Shown: positions 28,036 through 41,689 of the stretch, in pieces
How positions within the stretch are numbered: the first letter of the stretch is position 1
How the letters are laid out: every line of letters starts with the position of its first letter
NCBI GenBank assembly: GCA_964016885.1
Contig: OZ024741.1
Span: forward strand, 76,508,001-76,572,000
DNA from: Eledone cirrhosa
Taxonomy: Eukaryota
Direction: 5' to 3'
DNA: 64,000 nucleotides
Made by a program: the position numbers and the translations under genes
Notes under the pieces: generated by a model
What the model saw: the letters and a program-made list of their open reading frames with translations, nothing else
Database searches by the model: none
Told to the model about the DNA's origin: nothing

Positions 28036-30737
28036 GTGTGTGTGTGTTCTCACACCGAACAAAAGTGTTACCTAACATTTCAAGGAATAATTTTGATCAT
28101 CTCCACAAATTGTAAGAGGGAACAAATTTGTGACCTAGTAGTCAGGCGTTTTGACGAGTTTCAAGATACCGTTAAAATATAATGTATTAAACGCTTCTTT
28201 ATGAAAACGTAGTATAACAAAGGGAAACAATTTAAAGATGTGTACGTGTGCTAGTCTGTGGGCAATATAACAGATATATGGTAATATGTGGTGGTATGTA
28301 ATATAGCATAAAAGGATAAATATCCCATAACTCCATGTGGAGTCGTAAAGGCACAGTCATACGGCATGTCGAGAGCACTTTTAAACCTGGTGGAGCCCAA
28401 CTCTTTCCAGCCCTGAACACAGCCGATTTTTTTTCTATAGAGGAAAAATCAACCCCAGTACTGGTACTTTATCGACCTCGGTAAAGTTGACAACGGCGGG
28501 AATTGAACTCAGAGCACCGCAATGAGGTGGGACGAATGCCGTAAAACATTCTTTCCGACGTCTTAATGACTCTGCTAATTCGACGCCTTCATGTGATATA
28601 GAGTTGTTAATATTTATTAAGCAATGGAGTGTGGAAAAAGAAAAGTTAAGAAAGTATATAAACCAATATTAAGGTGGTTGAATTAGGTGAGTGCTTCCAC
28701 TTAGCCTTTGAGATGTAGCCATCCTCTATAAAATACACTAAATTTTTTTAACTTTGGCGTTTTTTTTAACCGTATGGTTGCTACACACGCTAAGATTGTT
28801 GTTAAATATATTTCTTGTTATAACGGCCTTTTTATTAGAAGGAAAATCATTTAAAAATTTCTCCGAAGAAATTGATTTTACTCTAGTCACATCAAACTAT
28901 ATGATGGATTTGAGAGCGAGTTGATTTGCTGAAACAAGTGTAAGAAATAAAATTATATAATTTCATCCTTGTTATTTTTGTACCATTGTGTGTGTGTAGC
29001 AGTTTAATGTAAAGATGTTTGTGTTGTCTGAATTGGTCAGTAGTTCATTGAGGTGTGGCAGGAATTTTGTAGCAATAAACGTTGACTTGGGTGAATGTGT
29101 AAGTTGATCTGTCCCGTATAAAACGTTGTGTATATGTCATGGTGAGTCGAGATATATGTTTTCTATAGCCAGTGTTGACTGGACGAACAACAATAGCCGC
29201 TGCTTAAATAATTTTATTAATTAATGACTTGCTTTGAAGTTATTGTGACAATATAGGAAAAACAAAGATATTCAAAGTTGAATTGGATGTGATGTGTATG
29301 CGTGTTTGCATAGTCTGTAAAGATGCATGGGACTAACCGCGTTGTTAAGGTCAAACGGGATTGTAGCTGCTTCCGCCCGTTGGCCTAGAGCTCCGAGGGG
29401 TGTTTGTTGACAACTACATTGTTCTGGTCGCTGGAACAAACTGAACGGGACTAACTGCTTGGACAGCCGAGGGTAAACTGTTTTTATGAGGATAGCGTTA
29501 TCTCGTGACAATCTGCAGATGGCCTATAGAAGGCCATTCATCTAGACGACCTGGCGACACTAGTCCCAAACAAAGGACCTGATTATCTATGGTGCCCAAT
29601 GGTCCGCAGTTGTGGTCGCAATGATCTACTTAACCAACCTGGAAACATAATTTCAAGTCAGTCTGATTGAATTCGCTATCTATATATATATTATCACCGC
29701 AGTTTATCGTCTACTTTCCGTGCTGCATTGGTTAGACGGGCTGTCACTAACTGAGGCGAGACCGATGACGTGACTGCATCCTGCTGTATACTACGTTTCT
29801 TGGCTTGGTTTCTACAGCTGGATGCCCTTCCTAACGCCAACCATTTTACAGCATGTATTGGAAGATTTTATAGTGACTCCGGCTACTACTGAGTGGACAG
29901 GGTACTTTTTATCGTGGCACTTGCACTATCATCTTATAGAGTGGACTGTGTGATTTTCGCCGTGGCACCATCACTACCACCTAATAAGGTGGTTTAGGCG
30001 CTTTTTATCATGACACCAACACTAATAATTTTCAGAGTGAGCAGGGTACATTTTATTGTGGCAGCAGCACTACCTCATTACAACACTAGTGCTCAGCATG
30101 TCCTTGGTCAGGCTGCGGAGGCAGTAATGGGAGTGACGATATGTAAATGTGAGGGGTGCAGGCAATAAGCTACTTGCCGATGTTGGGGGTGACACGAGTA
30201 CTTATGTCTTTTTTATTTCACGGCCACTTGATACTGCTTGTCTATGAATTACAAAAAAGCAACCTCCAAAGAATATGCAGTTTAACGCTTAACCAAGTAG
30301 GTACCACACTGCGCTTAAAAATCCCTTGTAATAATTTTAGAAGCCCCACAAACTGACAGATTTTATCAATGCAATAAATAATTCCATAGAAAACTAGATT
30401 TAGATTTTGTTTAAATGACATGGTCTCGCTATGAAATTGCTATACACGTATTGAAGTGAGATGTTCTCAATGAAATCGCCATTTTCGCTTTTGAAACAAT
30501 TAACAATGTCTCATTGCTCTTAACACTTTCTTATTCGATGACCACATGCAATCTGTAATAGGAGATAATATCGTGAGTCATAATTACATCTGAACTTTCC
30601 TGCCTGTCATCATATCTATTTTCCGTATCTCTTTGATCGTTTGTCAAATTATGACGTATTGTGCGTTCCAATGTGTGTGTGTGGCTGGTGAAGGAGGAGT
30701 GTATGTATTTATAAATGCATACACACACACTCACACA

Positions 30738-30849
<112 letters not shown>

Positions 30850-31358
30850 CCCACCACCAGCACCCGCATACACGCATAATAAATATATGTGTGTACATGT
30901 GTATGCGAACGAAAATACACATTAAAAAGATAAACTTTAACCCTTTCTAAATAAGGATGACATAGGATTAATACGATGAAAGAAGACACAAACGTTACAC
31001 AATATAAAACATTCTTTTTTTATTTGCACGCAGTATTTGAAAGATGCGGGGTTCGATTCCTCGCAGGCGATTCACTTCGCATTCGATTTTCTCAACTATC
31101 TATAGTGAACGACTAGCGTAGGAAAGTATGCTCTGTGGCATAGAGCTACGGGCATTTACGTTCTCAGTTCAAATCCCGTCGAGGTTAACTTTGCCCTTCA
31201 TCCTTACGGGGTCGATAAAATAAAGTACTAGTAATGCACTGGGTCGATTTAATCGACATTCCCATCCCTTCAAATTGTTGGCCTTGTGCCTAAATCAGAA
31301 ATAATTATTACAGCCAATCTACGTTGAAATGCTCCCTTTTTCAAATATATGTGTGCGT

Positions 31359-31425
<67 letters not shown>

Positions 31426-31762
31426 GACTGAATAACTAAATGACTGAATAACTAAATCAATGTATATTTAGCTTGCATGTTCTGACCTTTGACCAAATCA
31501 GTTATAAATAACATCTGAAGAAACTGTTGGTCACGTTGTTTAGTCCCAGATACGTCATAATTGGGTACGGCTCTGATCAATGATATTCTTGTACTGACCA
31601 ACCCAACGTTTTGCATACCTCTTGTAGCCAAGAGGTAACAAGCCGATACCGTAGACCTCGCGGTAGATCTTCTGCTTCTAGTAATATACCAACTCTGCAT
31701 CTTATCATGTATCAAGTACTTCTTTGATTTGTGGTTTTCCCGATCCCAGTACCGTAGTCTAT

Positions 31763-31820
<58 letters not shown>

Positions 31821-31916
31821 ATGTGTGTGTGTGTGTGTGTGTGTGTATGTATATATATATGTGTATAATTCAATTGATATTAAATAAATGGAAACTATAT
31901 TTATAAAAACATTTTT

Positions 31917-31976
31917 ATTCTATTATATATATTTCAAGGGTACCAAAAGTTTTGGTACGCTATCATCAGATAAAAT
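31917..31976 (-). ncRNA. Hammerhead motif, same family as 16329
   Basis: Reverse complement ATTTTAT-CTGATGA-TAGCGTACCAAAA c TTTTGGTACCCTT-GAAA-TATATA-TA-ATAGAAT. Confidence 0.68.
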
Positions 31977-32144
31977 ACAAAATGTTTTATAAATATTTTA
32001 CATGACCAAGGATGATATACCTTAACGGTTCAAGTTATCCTCAGAAAGAAATCTGTCGAAAGAAATCTGTCGAGTGCTTTGAATCAGTTGAATCAGTTGT
32101 AAACATCTATATTTGTTGGATTTCCAACAAATTAAATATCTCTT

Positions 32145-32209
<65 letters not shown>

Positions 32210-32210
32210 G

Positions 32211-32648
32211 GGCATACGTCAAAACGGCCGGTCTCAAAAGTGAAACTAATTTTTGACAGTTACGTACGTCATTATTTTCAATTTGGATTGTGAATACGTG
32301 ATATTTTTTTACACACATCCACAAACTTATAGATGCATATACACATGTACAACATATATATGTGTGTATATGTACACATATACACACATATATATATATA
32401 CAAACACGCATATATATATACAAACACACACATATATATATATATATACATACACACACACATATATATACACACATATACACACCCACACATATATATA
32501 TATTAAGAAATCCATACAATTGCGTGTGTCTGCACTATAGTCATCTCGAAGTTTATACAGGACTATATATACACAAATCTATTCAGATGAGTGAGTGTAC
32601 GTAACTGTCAAAAATTAGTTTCACTTTTCAGACCGGCCGTTTTGACGT

Positions 32649-32653
<5 letters not shown>
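32211..32653. mobile_element. Merlin-related MITE
   Basis: ~55-bp TIRs GGCATACGTCAAAACGGCCGG...; shares AAAGTGAAACTAATTTT with the Merlin end. Inserted in (TA)n. Confidence 0.75.
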
Positions 32654-32680
<27 letters not shown>

Positions 32681-33232
32681 CTGTGTACCCCCGGCTTTCA
32701 CAGTCCTGGTTATTCGCGGGATTTTCCTTAGAACCTAACTAATAATTGTTCGTGGAAAACACTGCATATTCGCGGAATCGTAAATATATTCCGTGATTTT
32801 TAAATGGATTTTTAACGATAAATTATTAATAACAATATACCGTATTTGTCGGCATATTGGACGTCCCTTCGCATACGACGCTCCCTCTTTTTTCATTATT
32901 ATATTTTACGTTATATAAATGGGCGGTGGATTGGCAGTATCGGTAGCGGGTCGGACGCCATGCTTTGACGCATAGAGTTATGGCCCTTGCCATTCTCAGT
33001 TCAAATTCCGCCGAGGTTAACTTTGCGTTTCTTCCTTACGAGGTCGATAAAATAAAGTACCAGTAATACACTAGGTTTTTGCTGGCCTTGTGCCAAAAGT
33101 AGAAACAATTATATTTTACGTTATATTTTGATGTTTATAGGCATTTTTATTAACCACGTCCGATATTCGCAGATTTTCACTCTTCGCTGGTGCTCTAGGA
33201 ATGTAAAACCCGTAAATACCGGGGGACAGCTG
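32681..33232. mobile_element. Tc1/pogo-like MITE interrupted by a SINE; partial inverted copy at ~4168-4440
   Basis: Imperfect TIRs CTGTGTACCCCCGG / CCGGGGGACAGCTG next to TA. The SINE has TSD ttatattttacgttata. Confidence 0.6.
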
Positions 33233-33440
33233 TGTGTGTATATATATATATATATATGGCTCATATTACTGTTGCTATTGTTTAGCACCGTGTCAAACCT
33301 GATCGAGCTGACATGATCTAAGACATTCCAGCCATGACAATCCTGTCGAATTTTCAGATATAGTGTAGACAGAACTACATTATCCAATGTGTCAGTCGTT
33401 ATTTACTGTGGTAGATAGATAGATAGATAGATAGATAGAT

Positions 33441-33927
33441 TTCTTTATTTGCCACAAGGGCGCACAAGAAAAGGGGACAATACAAAGACATGCCGGGGAT
33501 TTTACATACAGTCGTGTAAAAAATATAAAACAAACAATTACAACAATCGAAATCTCCAATAGGGGGGAAGCACCACAAATGGGTTGTTTAATACCCCGTC
33601 GATAGAACAACCCCCAACTCCAGGAGCGTGTTGTACAAGTGCTCCTTTCTTCCTTTTGCTCTCTTCTTTAACCTACAGGCTTATAAACAGAGAAGGCCCA
33701 ATCACTCGGGCCATTTTCGCTTCATTCACCCACCTTTCAGTAAATTTACTGGGCTGCAGTGCCTCTCTCTCCACTCTGATTCTCCTTCTAAAGTGATACT
33801 TAAAGAAGGGAATCAATTGTTGTCCGGAGAGAAAGGCATCTGTCCTCAGTCCTCTCAATCTCGTCCACCATATAACTTCTTTCACCATAGCCACTGTACA
33901 GAGGAAAACCGCCTCTCTTTCGTTTTT
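33441..33927 (-). mobile_element. L1/Tx1-like LINE 3' fragment flanked by (GATA)n
   Basis: ORF end VAMVKEVIWWTRL...RIRVERE...ERWV. Homologous to 48040-48240 (+). AATAAA lies next to the repeat tail. Confidence 0.6.
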
Positions 33928-33995
<68 letters not shown>

Positions 33996-34613
33996 TGGAG
34001 CGAACTCTCGTCATATTTTTCCCGCGATGGTTTTCTTAGCCTGCCATACGCGGCTACAAAAAGACTGATCTGTCACCTCACAGCAACCAACTTAAATCAT
34101 TTATCTTGTAAGAGGCTCACGGCGCCGGAGTGTCCGAAAAGAGGACAGTTGGAAGACCATTTGTTTAATGTTTCATAGGCAACATAATCTCATATATACA
34201 TATGATTTCGATTTACTTGGAATTCTACATTCTACATTACCTTGGAATTCTACATTCGCACACATAATACACTACATCTATACGTGCATCTTTTTTCTGT
34301 TGTTCATTGCTCCACATGATTTCGAAGTAAATCTTGTTACAAATAAAAACATTAAAATTAGTGGTGTCTTGTTTATTTGTTAATTCTTTTCCATGTGATT
34401 TCGGAAAATCATATTCCCCATAGTAATATCACTTCACACCACAACTAATTATTTCGTTGAAGATAACTTTTCTCGACTAAGACACACTTCACTTACCCAC
34501 TTGCCATTACTCGACCAAACCAACAAACTACTCACTCATCAACTTCACACTTCATCACTTCCACTACAAATGAACAAATCCATAGCCAAACCAACATTTA
34601 TCAATACCCCTCG

Positions 34614-34681
<68 letters not shown>

Positions 34682-34759
34682 GTATATAATATATATATAT
34701 ATATATAATATGTATATAAACAAAGTATGTTTTCGCTCTTAATATGGTGGATACCTAAG

Positions 34760-34804
34760 ACAATCGACAATTGTTTCGGAGTTTTTTCTCCTTATCAAGA
34801 TTGT
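34760..34804 (-). ncRNA. Minimal type-I hammerhead motif, U3-A8 core variant (GUC site)
   Basis: Reverse complement ACAATC-TTGATAA-GGAG aaaaaa CTCC-GAAA-CAATTG-TC-GATTGT. Confidence 0.75.
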
Positions 34805-35105
34805 GTATTTTCATCACTGCTACCCATTGGAGCTGCTGAGAATACATAGTATTTTCAAATGTATCATCGGCTGATTAGCCTCATTTGCATACCGAGCGAT
34901 TTTACGGCCAGATTTGCCGACAATTAAAATAAAGAAAAATATTCTTTTCGCTCTTAACATGATGGCTACCTAGATGTATTCGTGAGTGAATAATATTGAT
35001 GTTATGATATTAATATTTGGTTTGTTTGCAAGCAAACAGCCTCATAAACACCATGTGTTTAGATGACCAACGTCATCCTTTTCTTCCAGCGATAGCTGAG
35101 AAAAA

Positions 35106-35150
35106 ATAATCGACAATTCTTTCGGAGTTTTTGCTCCTTATCGAGATTGT
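35106..35150 (-). ncRNA. Second copy of the U3-A8 hammerhead motif
   Basis: Reverse complement ACAATC-TCGATAA-GGAG caaaaa CTCC-GAAA-GAATTG-TC-GATTAT. Confidence 0.6.
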
Positions 35151-35379
35151 GTATTCTCGTCACTGCTACCCAATGGAACTGCTGAGAATACATAGTTTAT
35201 TCTCAAATGTATCATCGACTGATAAGCCTCATTTGCATACCGAGCGATTTTACATTCTGAAATCGCAACATTTTCTATATATGTTTAAAACTAAACTACA
35301 CGTCATACACATTCAGGTAAGTTTCTATTTCGGATGGTGTCTGTTGTGTAATATCACTTCATATGCCTAAAAAACGTTC

Positions 35380-37130
35380 CGGATCATTATATGGAAGGTC
35401 ATCTTCAGAGACCAAAAGAAAGAAAGTATAGCGATCTGAAGAAAGTGAAGAAATTCGACAGGTGCGTTTAGCTACTAACAGAATGCAAACAGCTTTATCA
35501 TGAGCACAGGAGTTAGGACTGGACAGGCAGTACCATTTGGATGAAAAAAGACACAGGAATGCTGCTACATGAGAACAACAAATCGAGGAAGAGCGGCAAA
35601 TTAGACGAAATGCCGATCAAGCACATCGTTCTACTCTCCGAACAGGCGCACAAACCACGAGTAATACGAACTGGCTGATGGGTACTTTTTCTTATGACCC
35701 CCAAGCGGACTACAAAAGCAATCCGCTAATCAACATTGGAAAAATGAACAAATACTGTCAGCATTGTGGTACCAGAAAGTGGGCAGCAGAAACACCAGGT
35801 CTATGCTGCTCAAAAAGCAAAGTCAACCTTAAAACAATACAAGAGCCTCCTGGATTTCTGAAGAATCTGCTCCTCCAGGATACACCAGAGGCACGAGACT
35901 TCAATAAATACATCTAAAAATATAATTCTGCCTTTCAAATGACATTTTTTGGAGCTGACAGGAATGTGACTGATTTTATATTCTGCACAACTTATAAAAT
36001 TCAGAGACAGTGTTACCACTTAATGGGTGGCCTTCTGCCACTTCCACCGGAGCCTCACAAATTTGTGCAGGTGTACTTCATGGGTGGAAATGAAACAGAA
36101 GCTCAACAAAGATGTACCAATGTCCATGGTGGATTTCAGTTCTACATAGTCATAAAGTTACAAGAAATGCTTCATCAACATCACATATACGTCAGTATAT
36201 TCAAATATGCACTGGAGCATATGGACAACACCAGGGATCGTAAAATCATTATCAGAACAGACAAACGTCCATCTTCAGAACATGAACGCAGGTTCAATGC
36301 ACCTGTCACCGATGATGTTTCAATCATAATTGTTTCTACTTTGGCACAAGGCCAGCAATTACCCAGTGTATTACTGGTACTTTATATTATCGACCCCGTA
36401 AGGATGAAAGGCAAAGTCAACCTCGGCGGGATTTGAACTCAGACCGTAAAGGGACGTAACTATGCTGGAAAGCATGGCGTCCGACCCTCTACCGATACTG
36501 CCAATCCACCGCCCTGTTTCAATCATAATGATTGATGAACAGCACGAACGATGTGATATTGTTTTGCAAAAATGAAGTGGTCATTTGGAGCGAATATGTG
36601 AAATTCCTAGCGTCTATGACTCACTCCAATATCCGCTCATCTTCTGGAATGGTCAAGACTGCTATCATTTTCAGCTACCGCAGATCAACACAATAACAGG
36701 TCAGGGAACTGGCCGATCATTCAACAGCAAATAATTTCATGCTTATCATTTTGTGGTACACGATCACTTCAACCCAGTTCTGCAATTCAAAGAAATAACC
36801 AGCCAGTTCATGGTGGACATACATGTCAAAACTGAAAGAGAAAATTGGGTTTCTTGCGAAGGAATCGAACTAAGTTTAGGGCAGAGAACTACATCCACCT
36901 TAGAGATACCATCAATTCTGATGGTGACCCAAGAAATATTGGCCAGCCAGTGATACAAAGCTTCACAAGAAGACCACGTCCATGAACGTACACAAGATGC
37001 AATAGCTTATGTCAGAAAATTTGGTCGGCCGGATATCTTTATTATATTTACATAAAACTCAAACTAGACAGAAATATCAAATTAATTATTTCAAAATCAA
37101 AAGCCGAAGGATCGACATGGCCTCTAACTG
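35380..37130 (+). mobile_element. Helitron RepHel pseudogene fragment, interrupted by a SINE
   Basis: CQHC...CC...KV, YNSAFQMTFFGA, EHERRFNAP and YDSLQYPLIF motifs. SINE at ~36321-36514 with TSD tgtttcaatcataat. Confidence 0.88.
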
Positions 37131-37487
37131 CTTTTTAAGACGCTGCCAGAATGATGAATTTGCTTAATGACAATACACACATCCTAATTCCTTAGTCATA
37201 GTTTGTAAGGAATTCGGAAGTCGCAACTTTACTGCATTGAATATGCATTGAATACTTTGGAAGAATATGCAGGCATTACTGGTTATCTCTGTTATATAAA
37301 GTAGTATAAGTGAGATTTTTGTGTGGTAGCTAGCTACACCCGTTAGAAATAGCAGCCGAATTGTCTTCAAATCCCATCCTACTGTTTCATGTAAGTATAT
37401 ATGTATGAAGCAAAAAGTAAAGATTCTAAGTGATACCTCAATCTACTAGAAATATTGGCAAAATCCCCTTCAAATCACAGCCAACTG

Positions 37488-37529
<42 letters not shown>

Positions 37530-39738
37530 ATACATACATGTGTGTGAGTGTGTATGTCATAGGAGCCACTATAACTGTTGGCATACCTAATAGAAATAGA
37601 AAACAAATCTCCCTCAAACACGATCCTACTGCCTTAGAGGCAAAGGTGGGTGAAAGCTACATGTAAACATCTAAATACACTTTACTGAATTACAGAAATG
37701 AGTAGATAAATGCTTCATAATAGTTCATTCATAAGCCAATGCTAACGTGTGTGTGTGTGTTCAAACATACATGCAGATATTGATGAAGATAAAACAGGTA
37801 ATGGTGGGGTGGTTGGGTGCGATGGTGAAATCGTTGCATCAAAAATAATAACAATGCATTATAGGGAGGGGTATGAATTTCTAAAATTAGCACATGGGTA
37901 GGAAATTAGGGGATTCGGTGTGTGTCCACACACATATATATCTATAAATATATATACACACACTCTTCAAATCCTTAGCATATACTTACTCAAAGAGAAG
38001 GAAAACTAAACAACACACACACACAAGCATGTACATACACATCTATGCCGTCATGTCCCACCCTAAACCATATTTATAGTTACATACGCAGTCATTCACG
38101 CACATGCTACAAACAAACGTACCGACATTCTTACACACGCATATACACACACTATACGTATGTACACGAATAGATAAACCGCAACCTACACACATATGTA
38201 CCCACATTCATATATATATATATATATACATATATATAGCATTGCAGAATCATTTGTGCAACACAACACGCTGCTGTAGCATGTGTGTAAAGGATTACCG
38301 AAGTACATTAACGATATCCCAGGAACTTCCAATCTTATATCCAGATTTACTTAATGGTGGAACTTTTCCCATTTCCTGATTCAATGTAATCCGTAATTGA
38401 AGCCTCTGCAGATCTTTGGAATACAACTGAGTCCAATACCTCTCCCTAAAGGACTGACAACTACAGGATTCACACTGACTAGTGGACAGAAGGCAAGCAC
38501 GAAAGAAATATCTTATAAAACATCCAAGATCCTTATGTAGTTGTATTAGAAAAAAAAATGTTGATATTCTAATTATATTGGCTTTTTTCTCTCTAATGGT
38601 ATCGTTTTTTAATTATTATTGTTAGACAATATATGGATACAAAATACACATATCAACCCACAATTCACCGATTTCCCAGCTGTCTACCTTGGGTATATAC
38701 GTATTTACATATATTTTACAGATTGTTGTTTTTAACCACTGATAAACGAAACATGTATTAGTGATCAATTTGTATTGCAGTATTACACTTTTCTCTTTTT
38801 ATTCGATAGGGCTTTTTCCAGCCTAAAATTAATTGATTATCTACGAAGTTATTTGCACGTTTGTAAAGAATTTACGTTTTCTTATGTCTGATAAACAAAG
38901 ACAAGTACATATAAATTGTTTGTATTGCACTTTTTCATCATATTAGACGATTGTTTTAAATGTAATGTTCTTTCAATAATTACCAAGACTATTTTTCTTG
39001 AATTTGTTTGATATCATCCTACCGATGATCCAATCGATTCTCGTTTGTTTGGATCTTGTTCGCTGTCTTGTAAGCATGTTCAATCCATTTCTGGTATGAT
39101 TTATATAACTGAACCTTTTGCTTAAGGTGTATGGAAGTTCCAAAGGATCTTTTTATCGTGGCTAAAATTTTTGTCATACTTGATGCAACTGTCATAATTT
39201 TCAGAGAGACATCTGTAAGTTGTAAATATGAATATGATTCCCTTCTTCAACACTGAATTCAATTGCGCTTAAGATTTATACTTTTTACACCTAAAATGAT
39301 ATAAAGTGATCTGGTAACAGATATTATTTAATATGCCGCAGAGTTCTTTAAAGTGCTGAGTTTCTTGAAATATTGCTTAAAAACAATAACCGTACTATCT
39401 AAAATCAGAAAAGAAATATTGAGAATCCGAGGAAATTAGTGATGATCTACGTTGACAAAAAGAAGTAAAAAATATTTCTATATTCTTCAAAGACAGACCC
39501 TGTCCGAAACGTCAGTACTCGTCTTTACTCGCGGTACACGGACTTATCTTCACTTAAGCGCTACACCAATATAAAACATATATATCAGCTTTGTATACAT
39601 ATGGAATCACAGAAATGATACCTGACTATTTTCACTGAAGATATACCTTCAATCAGAAGTCCACAGAATGTTTTGATTTATTTAATATATTTTAAATCTC
39701 CAAAATACCTAAAAAGTGTCTCACTTCTTAACAGCACC

Positions 39739-40734
39739 ATGGATTTCATTAATACCACTGCAATCCTAACCAACGGGAACCACCAAACGGTCAACTTGTC
39801 ATATCACAATTATATATTCTTAACGGTAAATCTACTGCTGGCACCGTTTATCATTGGAGGAAACTTTGTGGTTATCAGGTGCATCGCTACATTTCCTCAA
39901 CTGCATACTGTCTCAAACGTTTTCGTGTCTAGTCTAGCTGTAGCCGATCTTTTTGTTGGACTCCTTGTTATTCCATTTTATTCGATGCATTATTTGGAAC
40001 TGGAAGGTTTTGCCGAAAACAAATATACGTGTCTTTTTAAATATGTCTTCGTCATAGCTTCCTGTGGATCGTCCATATTCAACCTTTCTGTCATAGCACT
40101 TGAGCGTTTCGTAGCAGTTTCGTATCCATTTCGCTATACCACTTTAATCACACATAAAACGGCCAGAGTTATTGTTGCCGTTTTGTGGATATATGTCTCC
40201 GTCCTCAGTGTCACTCCTCTGTTCGGTTTCAATACGTGGAGACCTGACGTCCAATGTGATTTTTATGAAGTTCTGCCGAGGGGCTACATCGTATGGGCTT
40301 CTTTTATTACAGTATCGTTTGGCATTGTATCCATCTCTTTCCTCTACATCTTTACCTACAGGGAAATATGTAAGATGCCTCCACCACCCATGGTCCAATC
40401 AAAAGAAGACATATCTCAGAAGAAGAACATACGAGCCACTTACGTGATGTGTGTGGTGTCAGTGACCTTCCTAGTCTTCTGGTTACCTTATCTCATCACT
40501 GGACCACTTGTTTATATACGATCTCTGGACAAGCAAAACATAGAGCTGATCAAAAACTATGCCCTTTCTTTGGGCATCAGTAACTCTGTTATAAATCCAT
40601 TTCTATACGGCTGCTTACGGAGAGACTTCGCTGAAGTCTTCCGGAATTACTTTTCTCTGCCGTGTTTGAAACGAAGACACAGAACCGTGGAACCTATTAT
40701 AAACAGTCAATCACAAACAATTTCCATTGACTAA
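39739..40734 (+). CDS. Class A (rhodopsin-like) GPCR, 331 aa, intronless CDS, orphan
   Basis: Seven hydrophobic segments with GN (TM1), LAVAD (TM2), C..ERF (TM3), W (TM4), FWLPY (TM6) and NPFLY (TM7). N-glycosylation sequons NTT and NLS. The start lies in a CACCATGG context just after a possible acceptor (ttaacag). Confidence 0.93.
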   Translation: MDFINTTAILTNGNHQTVNLSYHNYIFLTVNLLLAPFIIGGNFVVIRCIATFPQLHTVSNVFVSSLAVADLFVGLLVIPFYSMHYLELEGFAENKYTCLFKYVFVIASCGSSIFNLSVIALERFVAVSYPFRYTTLITHKTARVIVAVLWIYVSVLSVTPLFGFNTWRPDVQCDFYEVLPRGYIVWASFITVSFGIVSISFLYIFTYREICKMPPPPMVQSKEDISQKKNIRATYVMCVVSVTFLVFWLPYLITGPLVYIRSLDKQNIELIKNYALSLGISNSVINPFLYGCLRRDFAEVFRNYFSLPCLKRRHRTVEPIINSQSQTISID

Positions 40735-41102
40735 AAACTAATTAAAATCTATGCCAAAATGGACAATCATTTCACAGACAGTCACAGATACAATATACGT
40801 TTTATAGGCACACGCGGAACATAAAAGGCTACGAATTAAGCCATAAAAATACAATCACTTAAATAATTCAGTGCAAATTCAGACAAACGCACAACACACC
40901 ATAATAGACATTAAAATTAGATCATTAGATCAGAAAAACGGCATAAACTGACAATGTATTGTCATAATCTTCCTAAAGAATATTTCTTTTATAATTGTTA
41001 TCATTGTTATGATTATTATTATTAATTTTATTATTATTATTATTATTATTATTGTGTTGTTTGCCTTGTGCCTAAATCTGAAACCATTATCATTGTGTTA
41101 TA

Positions 41103-41516
41103 GGGCGGTGGATTAGCAGTATCGGTAGAGAGTCGGACACCATGCTTTGCAGCATAGAGTTATGCCCCTTTATGATCTAAGTTCAAATCCCGCCGAGGTT
41201 AACTTTGCCTTTCATCCCTAAGGGGTCGAGAAAATAAAGTACCTGGGGTCGATTTAATCGACTTTCCCCTCCCACCAAATTACTGGCCTTGTGCCTATAC
41301 TAGACATCTTTATTATTGTGTGTTATTGGTGGATTGGCAGTATCGGTAGAGGGTCGGATGCCATGCTTTGACGTATAGAGTTACGGCCCTTGCCATTCTG
41401 AGTTCAAATCCCGCCGAGGTTAACTTTGCCTTTCATCCTTACGGGGTCGATAAAATAAAGTACCAGTAATGCTCTGGGTAATTGCTGGCCTTGTGCCACA
41501 AAGTAGAAACAATTAT
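41103..41516 (+). mobile_element. Two tandem copies of the same SINE. Other copies: 189-373(-), 11462-11641(-), 19165-19350(+), 26697-26865(-), 31120-31310(+), 32921-33110(+), 36321-36514(-), 52571-52680(+), 53058-53245(-), 53970-54190(+), 56092-56282(+), 58925-59065(-)
   Basis: Repeated ~190-bp consensus. Several copies have 15-18-bp TSDs, e.g. attatttagtaatgtata at 52553/52674 and agtgctatctctaattaa at 53043/53246. Confidence 0.85.
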
Positions 41517-41689
41517 TGCATTACCGAGAACCTCTCTGTGTCTTAGATATGTGTGTTGTTATTTGTATTGTATTGAAAGTACTCTTCGTGGTATGTGTGT
41601 AGTGCCTATTAGTGCTATATACTGTATGCTGTATATATTTGTATGTTTTGAGTTGTTTTGGTTGTGTATCTGTCAATGTTTATGTGTGT

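Noticed and set aside
39478-39520. Additional hammerhead-like remnants (also ~519, 4645, 19030, 26338, 38738, 45432, 50290, 53379, 58240)
   Set aside because: The core, stem I or stem II is incomplete. They are likely decayed relics, so they were not called.
39673-39738. Upstream TTG start for the GPCR
   Set aside because: In a eukaryote the ATG at 39739, with a good Kozak context, is preferred.
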